DNA from: Candidatus Bathyarchaeota archaeon | GTDB taxonomy: Archaea; Thermoproteota; Bathyarchaeia; Bathyarchaeales; Bathycorpusculaceae | NCBI GenBank assembly: GCA_963777155.1 | Contig: CAVZPM010000035.1 | Span: 1 to 64,000 of the forward strand | Direction of reading: 5' to 3' | Length of the DNA: 64,000 bases | In this document: positions 53,112 through 62,722 of the stretch, one piece after another | How the letters are laid out: every line of letters begins with the position of its first letter | Position numbering within the stretch: position 1 is the stretch's first letter | Program-made: the position numbers and the translations under genes | Notes under the pieces: model-generated | What the model was told of the DNA's origin: nothing | The model's input: the letters and a program-made list of their open reading frames with translations, nothing else | Databases searched by the model: none

Positions 53112-53932
53112 TTTAGTTCGCCTCGTCTCCATTTTCCCCAGTCTTCACACGAAACCGCGATTGGAACCGACGTGGACTGCTCGGTCAGGGCTTCCTTACG
53201 GGGTTTATCGAAGGGTAGAACAAAGATTGTTTCTTCTAACCTGTCAATCTCCAACGTCGCATAACCATAAGTAACCAGAAAAGCAGTCAGGAAAGCGCGT
53301 TGCACAGTTTCTTCGTAGGTGTCTGCACCAATAAAATCCCAATACGCAACCTTGCCGCCGAGGCTCATTTCTGCAACTTTGTTTTTGAGCTCCTGCCAGT
53401 AGCACTCGAGTTCCTCTGAGAATTCCCGCTCACTTAAAACCCGTTGCTTGACCAGTTCGTCGCGGCTAACCGAACCCATGGCAACTTGGGAAACATCGAT
53501 GTCTTTCCATCGATCGCCAAGAGGAGCCAATGCTTCCCAATATAGCAACCCTTGAGCTAAACTGTGGAGGCTGATCTGCTCAAACTCAACCAGTGGACTC
53601 CAAGATCCCAAAAAAACCTCAACCATACCTTCTTTGCCAGTCTGACGGATTTTCTCCTCCAACAGAAACGGGTCTGTGTAGAGTGAATTTGACCTTTGTT
53701 TTACCCATTCACTTTGCATTTTAATGACTGTAGCTAAATGGTGGAGAGCTTCTGCATCAAGCTTTAGTTCCTCTGGGTTTTCCCAATGTGGAAAATATTC
53801 CTTAACGATTTTGATGATGTCGTCGACGTTTAGAGTGAATGGGTCAACTTGGTGGTTTTCTATGGCGATGCACATTTCGATTATGCGTTCCAACCGTTCT
53901 TTACCCAGCTTCTTGCCTTCTTTGGTTGGCAT
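53108..53932 (-). CDS. Kleisin-like protein (ScpA/Nse4-type)
   Basis: N-terminal VDPFTLNVDDII..LKLDAEALHHLATVIKMQS; C-terminal AFLTAFLVTYGYATLEIDRLEETIFV. Confidence 0.7.
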   Translation of the reverse strand: MPTKEGKKLGKERLERIIEMCIAIENHQVDPFTLNVDDIIKIVKEYFPHWENPEELKLDAEALHHLATVIKMQSEWVKQRSNSLYTDPFLLEEKIRQTGKEGMVEVFLGSWSPLVEFEQISLHSLAQGLLYWEALAPLGDRWKDIDVSQVAMGSVSRDELVKQRVLSEREFSEELECYWQELKNKVAEMSLGGKVAYWDFIGADTYEETVQRAFLTAFLVTYGYATLEIDRLEETIFVLPFDKPRKEALTEQSTSVPIAVSCEDWGKWRRGELK

Positions 53933-55848
53933 CAGGCAACCTCACGAACAACTGATTTTCCTTCAAGATTCTGAACCGTAATAACATTTGCGTCCTGCTG
54001 TGCAAAGGTGATTTGACTAGGAGTGATAACCACATACTGTGCACTGGCATCCTTAATCATCGAAACCAGAATTTTCGCTATCATCTCTCGATTTTTAGGG
54101 TCCATATGAATATCATATTCATCGACTGCACGAAATGGGGAGCGCACATGCTGCTGCAGAGCCAACAGGAAACCCATGGTGGCCGTGGTTCGTTCTCCAC
54201 CGCTTTGCGTGTAGGCATCCAAAGCTACAGGTTTGCTCCCCTTAAACCCAACATATATCTCTAAACCTGCAGTTTCAATGTCTTGCACAGCTGAAAGCTT
54301 AACTTCGCCCGTTGCAAGGGTTTGGATCATGATTTTTTTGTATTCAACGTTGACGCGTTCAAGCAAGTTCTCCATTACAGTTCGCCATGACAGCATGCGT
54401 GTTTTAACTTCTTCAAGAGTCTTTTCGCGGTTCTCAGCTACAAGTTGCGCTTTCTCTTTAAGCTCCAAATATAGCTTTGAATATGACTCATATTGCCGTT
54501 CAATATCTTCTGAAACATTGGAGAGCGCCGTTAAATGACCATTAGTTAAGCCGATTTCATCTTGAATTTCCGTGCCGCTTTTCAGAACCACTATTCGCGC
54601 GCCAGATTGCTGGGCTTTCAAGAGCGCAATGTTAAGGTTTTCTTCAGCATCTTTTAGCTGCTTCTCTATTGTTTTCATCTCATTGATTGCATTAGCTCGT
54701 TTAAACTCAAGCAAAGCCAAAGAGACACGTTTATCCAGAGATTCAGAGGCAAATTTTTCAGTTGAACCTTCCAGTTTATCCATTATTGCTCGGGTTTCTT
54801 TAATTTCCTCGTTTGCTCTTTCGATTTGCTGTCTGGAAGTTTCCAGCATTTTCTCAAGATTTTCTCTTCGAAGAAACTTGAACTGGCTCTTGTTGGTGAA
54901 GTCTTCTATAGCTTGGGTTTCGGTGAGTACCTGTTCAATAAAAGTTAAGGTCGATTCGTTTTGGGCGATTTCACGTTCCAAGCTTATTCGCTGCTCAAAA
55001 ACAGCTTTAGCTTTGCCTTTGAGAGTTTGCTGCTCTGTCTGTTGACCATCAAGTTTGACGATTATAGCTTGTCGCTCATCCTCAATTTTACCCAATGACT
55101 GCTGATTTCTGTTAAACTTAGTCTGTAACTCTTTGATTGCAGCTTCACGTTTTTCAACATCCGCCCAAATCATCTCGCGATCCAGAAAACGCCGTTTAAG
55201 CTGCAGCTGTTTCTTCTCTTGGAACTTCTCGTATTGTTCACGCCAGTAGTTGAGGGTTTGTTGTGCTTGCTCAAGCAGTTTCCCAACGGACTCTTCTTGG
55301 CTTAAAATGCGCATCAACTTGGTTTTTGCAGCTACAACGTTCTCGCGGAAAGGCTCTAAACCGACCGCTGCTTCAACCATTCGTAGTTTTTCTACGTTGC
55401 TAAGAACACTGAATTGCTCCACCATGTTCTGATGCATAATGATTAACATGTTGTCGGGGTCAACGCCGAACTTTCCGAGCAACCGTTCAATGTCCTGTTT
55501 GCTGGCGACGCGGTTTTCGAGTTCAAAGAAGTATTTGCCGTCGCGACGCAACACGCGAGTTAGGAAGAGTTGGTCTTTGCTGTATTTTGCTACTGGCCGC
55601 TTGTTGCCTTGTTTGCTGTTGTCTAGGATGAGGGTGACTCTGGCTTGGTCTTGTCCCCAGCGGATTAAGTCGCTGAGTTTTCTGGAGCGTTCGGTGTAGG
55701 TTTGCCCTAAGCCTACTGAAATGGCGAGCAATAGCGAGGATTTTCCTGCTCCGTTTGGACCGCCAATTATGTTAACGCCTTGCTTGAATGGCACTCTGGC
55801 GTATTCGTAGCTCATGAAATTTTCAAGGATAACTTCTTGGATTAACAT
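53932..55848 (-). CDS. Short SMC-family ATPase, SMC5/6-like head
   Basis: LENFMSY, GPNGAGKSS, DNMLIIMHQ, QSGGER, SPFRAVDEYDIHMD, QYVVITP; central coiled coil. Confidence 0.9.
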   Translation of the reverse strand: MLIQEVILENFMSYEYARVPFKQGVNIIGGPNGAGKSSLLLAISVGLGQTYTERSRKLSDLIRWGQDQARVTLILDNSKQGNKRPVAKYSKDQLFLTRVLRRDGKYFFELENRVASKQDIERLLGKFGVDPDNMLIIMHQNMVEQFSVLSNVEKLRMVEAAVGLEPFRENVVAAKTKLMRILSQEESVGKLLEQAQQTLNYWREQYEKFQEKKQLQLKRRFLDREMIWADVEKREAAIKELQTKFNRNQQSLGKIEDERQAIIVKLDGQQTEQQTLKGKAKAVFEQRISLEREIAQNESTLTFIEQVLTETQAIEDFTNKSQFKFLRRENLEKMLETSRQQIERANEEIKETRAIMDKLEGSTEKFASESLDKRVSLALLEFKRANAINEMKTIEKQLKDAEENLNIALLKAQQSGARIVVLKSGTEIQDEIGLTNGHLTALSNVSEDIERQYESYSKLYLELKEKAQLVAENREKTLEEVKTRMLSWRTVMENLLERVNVEYKKIMIQTLATGEVKLSAVQDIETAGLEIYVGFKGSKPVALDAYTQSGGERTTATMGFLLALQQHVRSPFRAVDEYDIHMDPKNREMIAKILVSMIKDASAQYVVITPSQITFAQQDANVITVQNLEGKSVVREVA

Positions 55849-56119
55849 TAACGGTTCTTTGCCTCTTTTTTGAAGCGTTCACACTATTGAAAAGCGCCTT
55901 ATTAAAACAATTTGACATCTTAATGCAGAATAGCCCTGTTGCAGAGGTCAGCTAAACTTGAAAATTACCGTTTCTTTAACTAAAAAAACACGTAGACTTC
56001 CCTACATAGAGAGATAAGAATCAAGGATTTTCAATAATATGATTGTTTAACATTTCAAAAAATAATTCTAGGCTAAAGCCTTTTAATTGAAGCATGTATG
56101 AAGTATTGTAGGGTTAAAT

Positions 56120-56368
56120 ATGAAGTTTGCAGAGATCGCAATCTTGCTCAGAGAAATCGTTGACAGGTGTCCAAGCCTAGACGGAGCCACCATCACGTTG
56201 ATACCGCAAAAAGCTATGTATCCACTATATCAGGGATACCATATAAACATCAAGGCAAATCTATCTAAGGAATCTATGGGTGGCTTACGGAAAATAGTAG
56301 AGGGACATGACTTAGTTATGCAGATCAAAAGTGACTGCGTTATAGTTTATGAATCTAGATCAACATAG
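56120..56368 (+). CDS. Hypothetical protein (82 aa)
   Basis: ATG ORF with upstream AGGG and TATA-like element. Confidence 0.55.
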   Translation: MKFAEIAILLREIVDRCPSLDGATITLIPQKAMYPLYQGYHINIKANLSKESMGGLRKIVEGHDLVMQIKSDCVIVYESRST

Positions 56369-56423
56369 ACAACAAACAAATTTTCTTTAGTAAAAAAGGG
56401 ATAGTAAGATTCTTGAGCTCTGT

Positions 56424-57717
56424 TTAGGTTGCTCCGTGACTTACTAAGTTAGCATCTGATACTTCTCCTGTGTCAGCGAAGATTCCAATTGCAACTTCAT
56501 TGTAACCTCCGGAGTAGGTCTGGGTAAGGCTCATTTCAATGAACCAGTACGGAATCAGCGCTACTGAGTTACCTCTTGTATGGGGGACAAGTTGAATGGA
56601 TACGGGCGGGTCAATAACAGTAAAACCTGAGACTTGCTTTCCCTCGATATTCCAAGTCATGGTTTTAACGTAATTCTCAGCGATTGTTACTGCTTGTTCT
56701 TGGGTAGTAGATAGATCACTGTTGCCTACAGTAAAGAGGAAGTACCCATCGGACATAATAGTTAAAATATTGTTTTGGAAGGTCATCTGCAAACCCTTAG
56801 CTTGATAATCGACACCGTTCTGAGTGTGCATGAACAAAAAGGTAACCGTGTCTCCTGAAACCGAAATCTGCAGCTTTATGTCACCCTGAGTTACATTCAT
56901 GTTACCTATTGTGCTGACAACGGCTAAAAGGTCAGTCATATTCGTAAGGTATGAGTCACCACTGTAGGTCTTATATCGCGAAAGTAGAAACTTTGCATTC
57001 TGAAGAACATCGTGTAGGTTGATTCTGCGTGAAAATTGGAGAACTTTCAATCATGACAAGGTCATACCTGGAGAAATGATTATTCCTATAACGGAAATTC
57101 ACGTTTAAATTGCTTAGGCTGCTTGTCAAAGAGTATTGGATCCCTTCTTCAGCTACGCCTCCGAAATCTGATCGCCACTGCATCGTATTGCTAAGTAATG
57201 AAAGCGTATAGTTCGATGTATCAATCTTGGTTACGTTTTGCAGGAAACTAGCCACTTTGTCCGCGCCCAATCCATAAGAGAGCAAACGTTGATTTTCAAC
57301 TTGCAGCAAATGCTGAGAACTAGATAGTTGACTAATAGAAACGAATTCAAAAGCGCCTATACCAGACAAAAGCAAAACTGAAACCAAAAGCACAGCAGAA
57401 AGAGTTCTCCATTTAGGAGTCACTAAACGATTTTTCTTGGGCTCAACTTCGTCAACGTCTTCTACTCCCTTCATAGCGGTTACTGCAGCATGCCCAAAAC
57501 TCGACAGTTTGTAGTGGCCATCATCCGTTTTAGCTACTAGTTCGTTTAGGCTTTCAAGGTGGTAGGTTAAATGAGGCGTGGAGACTCCGAGTTGCTCAAC
57601 CATCTCCATGAAAGTCATCGATTTCTCGCCTAGCATCCGAAGAATCTTTCGTCTAACCGGATGCTTAAGCGATGCAAACATTACAGAGTAGATTTCATCT
57701 TCAGGAGAGCCAGCCAT
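56424..57717 (-). CDS. Membrane-anchored ArsR-type wHTH regulator with extracellular domain (frameshift near 57030)
   Basis: SLKHPVRRKILRML..LTYHLESL..YKLSSFG, TM helix, then beta-rich region continuing in a second frame. Confidence 0.75.
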
Positions 57718-58117
57718 GTAAACCCCCCTTTACATATACAATGTAGGCTATAAAAAATTATACACACAAGATTACCAAAAAATTGGGAGAAATTGGTTGA
57801 TCGACTGTTTATTTTTTCTTCTTGTTTCCCTGTTTAATCACGACGCTTGTCAACATTAATACTAAAACAGCATAAATAATGATGCAACTTTTGCGCTTCA
57901 TCGGTTTTGAACACGATCACCGATTCCACACTTTGGATAAAAGAGTTCTCGTAAACAATTATTGACTGATTCCAAACAAGGTTTCTTAACTAAGTTGGCA
58001 GGAACATTGTTTTGGGTTTAAACCATGAAGAGAGGATAGAATAAGAGCCGCATCTATGTTTAACAATACAAGATTAATAGCGACGTTTTCATCGCCTAAT
58101 AGCCAGTTACGGACTAT

Positions 58118-58552
58118 TTAGGAGATGCTTACGTTCTGAATATCGAAGTACCGTTTTGCCAAAAAGCGCAAACGTTCAGCGTTCTTGCCATTTTTACCTA
58201 TTGCGACGCCCTTATCTTTGGGGTTTACAGTTATGACTGCCATTTTTTTACCATCAGTGCGCTCGGTAACGCGGATTTCACGTACTGCTGCGGGTTTTAG
58301 GGCGTTTTTCATGAATGTTGCGGGATCTTCGCTGTACTCGATGATTTCGTGTTTTTTGCCTGTCATTCGTTCAAGGGTGTGGATGTTTCTGCCGCCCTTG
58401 CCGATGGCAACGCCGACTTGACCTTGGTTTACGATGAATATTGCTCGTTGCTCGACTTCGTCGACAATACAGTCTTTTACGCTTGCGCCGCTGATGCTTT
58501 CAAATAAGGCAATGTATCGCATTTCGTCGCAGGTAATTTTTATGCCACTCGT
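58118..58552 (-). CDS. nusA: Archaeal NusA (KH domains)
   Basis: IKITCDEMRYIALFES, two AIGKxG motifs; located after rpl30e. Confidence 0.95.
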   Translation of the reverse strand, partial: TSGIKITCDEMRYIALFESISGASVKDCIVDEVEQRAIFIVNQGQVGVAIGKGGRNIHTLERMTGKKHEIIEYSEDPATFMKNALKPAAVREIRVTERTDGKKMAVITVNPKDKGVAIGKNGKNAERLRFLAKRYFDIQNVSIS

Positions 58553-58573
58553 TCTTTTCTTTCCTCCATCTTT

Positions 58574-58891
58574 TTATTCTTGTACCTGAGTTTCCTCGGT
58601 TACTTTGAGAATATCTGAATCCCCTGTTTCGCGGATGCTGATTGCCGAAATAATGAAGAGTTTCTTGCAGACTTCCGCTAAATCCATTGATCCACCTTTG
58701 TAGGTTATGACAGGAACTTTAGAGATTTCTCCATAGTATTCTATTTGTTCTTTTATGTCTTTGGGGCAGTTTGCGGCTAAAACAATCATTTTGGCTTTGC
58801 CGGTTTTGGCGTTTTGCAGTGCGACATTGGATCCAAAGGAAACCTTGCCTGTTTTTACTGCAGACGCTAATGCTTTATCTATGTCTATCAT
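58574..58891 (-). CDS. rpl30e: 50S ribosomal protein L30e
   Basis: AVKTGKVSFG, LAANCP, GDSDIL. Confidence 0.96.
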   Translation of the reverse strand: MIDIDKALASAVKTGKVSFGSNVALQNAKTGKAKMIVLAANCPKDIKEQIEYYGEISKVPVITYKGGSMDLAEVCKKLFIISAISIRETGDSDILKVTEETQVQE

Positions 58892-61800
58892 GCTTCTGTT
58901 TTTCCTCCATCTTTTTCTTGACGCTCGAAAGTTGACATGTACAGTTCAACTAAGCCTGTGCCGATTGGTATTGATTGCCCAACTATAACGTTTTCTGTTA
59001 CACCAGCCAAAGGATCACTTTCTCCTTTCACGGCCGCTTCAACAATGTTTGGTACGGTGATTTCGAATGCGGCGCGCGCTAGGACACTGGCTTTTTTGCC
59101 GCTGATTCCGTGTCTGCCGATTTGCTGTACGTCTCCTGTTGTGGTCATCATGTCTGCTACGAGCATTACGTGCCTTACGTCTACGTCTAAGCCTTGGTCT
59201 TCTAGTACGCCTTTTGCTTCATGGACAAGGGCATTTCTTGAAGCTTCAACGCCAAGGGTTTTGGCGATTTCATGGATGTTGTTGGTAGTGGTTCTTGAAG
59301 TATCAACACCTATGACTTCTAAGACTTTAGATAGGTTTGAGCCATCAGTGCGTATAACCCATTCACCGCTCTCTTCAGTGACGAGGACACGTTTAATGTC
59401 TGGGACACCTTTAACTTGGAACCCTGGAACCTTTGTCAACATACGTTTTAGCTGCTCCGCTTTCTTGGGTTTAATCTCAACTGTGCTATCGGTTATGGTT
59501 ACAGTAGCGTTTTGAAGTTCCAGTCTCTCTTTAAGTTCATCCATAGTTATGGCGCGATCATCCATCATCTGCTTATTCAATTCGATGATGATTGCTTCGC
59601 GCACTGGGTCTTCGTAGATTGCTGAAGCCAAGTTTTCAACTGTAGTGTAAATTATGTTCCGTGCGACTTCAACTGCGCCTTCTTTGCTCTTAGCGTGGTC
59701 ACCTTTTAAGTAGATAGTCATGATTGGGGTTGATGGGATTCTGCGTGCATCCACGATTTCGATTAGCCGAGGTAAACCTAAAGTGACGTTTTGTTCTTTG
59801 ACACCTGCATAGTGGAAGGTTCTAAGAGTCATCTGAGTACCTGGTTCACCGATTGATTGAGCTGCAACGATGCCTACTGCTTCTCCTGGCTCCATTAAAG
59901 CGCGTTTATACTGTTCAGCTGTCTGGGTAGCAGCTTTGGTTACACCTTTGGCCGTAAGCTTGTTCTTTGCAAAGTTCTGTTTAAGCTGGTTTAGCAGAAT
60001 AGGAGTTATTTGGTCCTCAACATTTTTGAGTTGTTTCTTAATGTGATCTACGGATGCGGGGTCGCCTTTTTCTTCGCCAAGTTTTATTTGGTCAATTAGT
60101 CGATTGACGTTTACTGCTTTGCCGTGGTCACTTTTCGCTGGGTCTACACCGTCTTCTCCATAGCGGAACTGAATGATGTCGCCTGCGGAGTCTCGGACAG
60201 TGCTGTCATATTCTAAACGAATATGCTCCAGCGCGTTGATTAATCGTCTCTGCATGTAACCGCTCTGTTGTGTGCGGACGGCTGTGTCGACTAGACCTTC
60301 TCTACCTCCCATAGCGTGGAAGAAGAATTCGATTGCATCAAGTCCAGTCTGGTAAGAGTTATAGACAAAGCCTCTTGCTCTTGGGCTTGGGTCACCGTCA
60401 ACAAAGTGGGGTAGCGCTCTTCCAGCGTAGCCTCGCAGGATACGTTTACCTCGGACTGATTGTTGTCCAACGCAAGCGGCCATTTGACCAATGTTTAGGC
60501 TTGAGCCTCTTGCACCTGCTCTTGTCATGACGATACCGGCGTTTTCTAAAGTGAAGTCTTCGTCTGCTATTTTGCCTGATTCGTCTCTTGCTACGGCGAG
60601 TTCATGCATTACATAGATTTCGAAGGATTCTTCAAGGGTTTGTCCTGGTAGACGAGGTAGAGTTCCGTTGCGGAAGTTTTCGATGTGTTCATCTATCTTC
60701 TTTTGGATGCGATCCATTGTCTTTGCCATGCGGTTGCGTGCTCTTGGCGATAGGACGAGTTGGTCGTAAGTGTAGCTGAAGCCCCGCATGGATATGAATT
60801 GTTTGAGTAAGTGTGTGATTTTGTTTAGGAATTCTCTTCCTGCCTGTGTGCCGTAGTCTTTGATGATTCTGTGAAGCAGGCTTTCGGATTGTTCAGAGCC
60901 GATCGAGCGCCTGTCAATAATGCCTGTGACAAGCTGACCGTTCTTGACTACAACGTAAGCGTCATGTTTGCATTCTTCTTCTTCACACTTCGTGCAGCCT
61001 TGGCAGATGTTTGCTTTCAAAGAGTAATTGAGTGTTTTTGGTAGGTATAAGCTGAAGATTTGTTTGCCTGACCACAGGGGTTCTGGCGTTTTGATTTCTG
61101 GTTCTGGCACTGGATCAGTGTAGTTTGTTGCAGTTAGGAGTCTGTTGACTTGGCTTCGGGTCAGGTAGTTGCCTCTTCTTGTGAAGTAGTATGCGCTTGT
61201 AACGAAGTCTCTGATAGCGCCAATGATTGGACCACCGAATCTGGGTGAGAGAATTTGGTCTTGAACCTGCATTAGTAAAAGTGATTCTGTTCGTGCTTCT
61301 TCGCTCTGTGGAACGTGCAAGTTCATTTCGTCGCCGTCAAAGTCTGCGTTGTAGGGTGGGCAGACGCAAAGATGGAGCCTGAAAGTCTTGTATGGCAATA
61401 CTCGGACGTAATGTGCCATGATTGACATGCGGTGAAGGGATGGTTGTCGGTTAAAGATAGCTATGTCGCCGTTCTTTAAGTGGCGCTCAACTACGAATCC
61501 TAGTTCAACTGCTTCGGCGATTTTTGTGCGGTCAACAACGAATTCGAGTCTGATGCGTTTGCCGTCTGGGCGTATGATGTATAGTGCGCCTGGATAGTTT
61601 TCGGGGCCGTTGATTACGAATTTTTTCATTTCTTCAATGTTCCAGGCAGTCACTTTTTCTGGAACTGACAATCGCATGGCTACGTCTTGTGGGACACCGA
61701 CTTCGTTTATGTCGAGGTTGGGGTCTGGTGAGATTACTGTACGGGCTGAGAAGTCGACACGTTTACCTGAGAGGTTGCTTCGGAACCGCCCTTCTTTGCC

Positions 61801-62721
61801 TTTTAATCGTTGCGAGAGAGTTTTCAGGGCTCTGCCGCTGCGGTGTCTTGCCGGCGGAATACCTGATGCCTCATTGTTAAAGTACGTAGTAACGTGGTAC
61901 TGTAAAAGTTCAGACAAGTCTTGTATAATGAGGGTTGGTGCGCCAGCTTCCATGTTTTCTTTCAGACGCTGGTTAATACGGATGATGTCTACGAGTTTGT
62001 GGGTTAAGTCATCTTCTGAACGAATGCCTGACTCCAACGTGATTGATGGACGAACATAAACTGGAGGAACAGGCAAAACCTGGAGAACCATCCATTCTGG
62101 ACGGGCAACTTTAGGGTTGAAACCCAAAATTTCAAGATCCTCATCTGATACACGTTCAAGCCTTTCTCGTATCATGCTGGGTGTTAGGGGTTCTGAGCCT
62201 GCTTCAGTTTGTTCGATGAATTTGGTTGGTTTTTCGAAAGTGATTTTGAATTGGGCTGCGGCACAGTAGGGGCATTGTTTTGCTTTAATGTCAGTGAGGA
62301 TTTCTTTGTAAACTTCGTCAGGGATAGTTCCAAGGAGTTCATTGAAGCGTTCGATTCTTTGGCGTGCTTTCTTTGAGGCTTCTTCAGATAGGAGAATGCG
62401 ACCGCAAGTGCGGCAAGTTGATTTGAGAAGGTCGAAAATGATTTTTGTAAATTCGATGTGAACGATTGGTACTGCCAATTCGATGTGTCCAAAGTGGCCT
62501 GGGCAGCGGATGGCGGTGTTGCCGCAGGTTTTGCAGCGTTGCCTTGGTTCGAGAGTGCCTAGTCGTCCGTCCATTAGGCCTGCGGTGATTGGGGCGCCGT
62601 CTTCGTCATAGGTGTCTGGAGTTTGGATTTCTACGACTGATTGTTTACGTAGGTCTTTGGGTGAGATTAGTCCGAATGAGATTTCGTCTACTATTTTATG
62701 GATTAATTCTTCCTGTGACAT
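58888..62721 (-). CDS. rpo1: RNA polymerase largest subunit, fused A'+A''
   Basis: CPGHFGH, NADFDGD, DTAVRT, QSIGEPGTQMTLRTFH, GLPRL in one 1277-aa ORF. Confidence 0.98.
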   Translation of the reverse strand: MSQEELIHKIVDEISFGLISPKDLRKQSVVEIQTPDTYDEDGAPITAGLMDGRLGTLEPRQRCKTCGNTAIRCPGHFGHIELAVPIVHIEFTKIIFDLLKSTCRTCGRILLSEEASKKARQRIERFNELLGTIPDEVYKEILTDIKAKQCPYCAAAQFKITFEKPTKFIEQTEAGSEPLTPSMIRERLERVSDEDLEILGFNPKVARPEWMVLQVLPVPPVYVRPSITLESGIRSEDDLTHKLVDIIRINQRLKENMEAGAPTLIIQDLSELLQYHVTTYFNNEASGIPPARHRSGRALKTLSQRLKGKEGRFRSNLSGKRVDFSARTVISPDPNLDINEVGVPQDVAMRLSVPEKVTAWNIEEMKKFVINGPENYPGALYIIRPDGKRIRLEFVVDRTKIAEAVELGFVVERHLKNGDIAIFNRQPSLHRMSIMAHYVRVLPYKTFRLHLCVCPPYNADFDGDEMNLHVPQSEEARTESLLLMQVQDQILSPRFGGPIIGAIRDFVTSAYYFTRRGNYLTRSQVNRLLTATNYTDPVPEPEIKTPEPLWSGKQIFSLYLPKTLNYSLKANICQGCTKCEEEECKHDAYVVVKNGQLVTGIIDRRSIGSEQSESLLHRIIKDYGTQAGREFLNKITHLLKQFISMRGFSYTYDQLVLSPRARNRMAKTMDRIQKKIDEHIENFRNGTLPRLPGQTLEESFEIYVMHELAVARDESGKIADEDFTLENAGIVMTRAGARGSSLNIGQMAACVGQQSVRGKRILRGYAGRALPHFVDGDPSPRARGFVYNSYQTGLDAIEFFFHAMGGREGLVDTAVRTQQSGYMQRRLINALEHIRLEYDSTVRDSAGDIIQFRYGEDGVDPAKSDHGKAVNVNRLIDQIKLGEEKGDPASVDHIKKQLKNVEDQITPILLNQLKQNFAKNKLTAKGVTKAATQTAEQYKRALMEPGEAVGIVAAQSIGEPGTQMTLRTFHYAGVKEQNVTLGLPRLIEIVDARRIPSTPIMTIYLKGDHAKSKEGAVEVARNIIYTTVENLASAIYEDPVREAIIIELNKQMMDDRAITMDELKERLELQNATVTITDSTVEIKPKKAEQLKRMLTKVPGFQVKGVPDIKRVLVTEESGEWVIRTDGSNLSKVLEVIGVDTSRTTTNNIHEIAKTLGVEASRNALVHEAKGVLEDQGLDVDVRHVMLVADMMTTTGDVQQIGRHGISGKKASVLARAAFEITVPNIVEAAVKGESDPLAGVTENVIVGQSIPIGTGLVELYMSTFERQEKDGGKTEA

Positions 62722-62722
62722 G

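Noticed and set aside
52464-55848. Calling the SMC operon Wadjet (JetABCD) or canonical Smc-ScpAB
   Set aside because: No TOPRIM JetD gene; the ATPase is much shorter than either and has SMC5/6-type motifs
57809-57901. 30-aa hydrophobic ORF MKRKSCIIIYAVLVLMLTSVVIKQGNKKKK
   Set aside because: SD spacing is poor; could be a signal-peptide remnant or chance ORF
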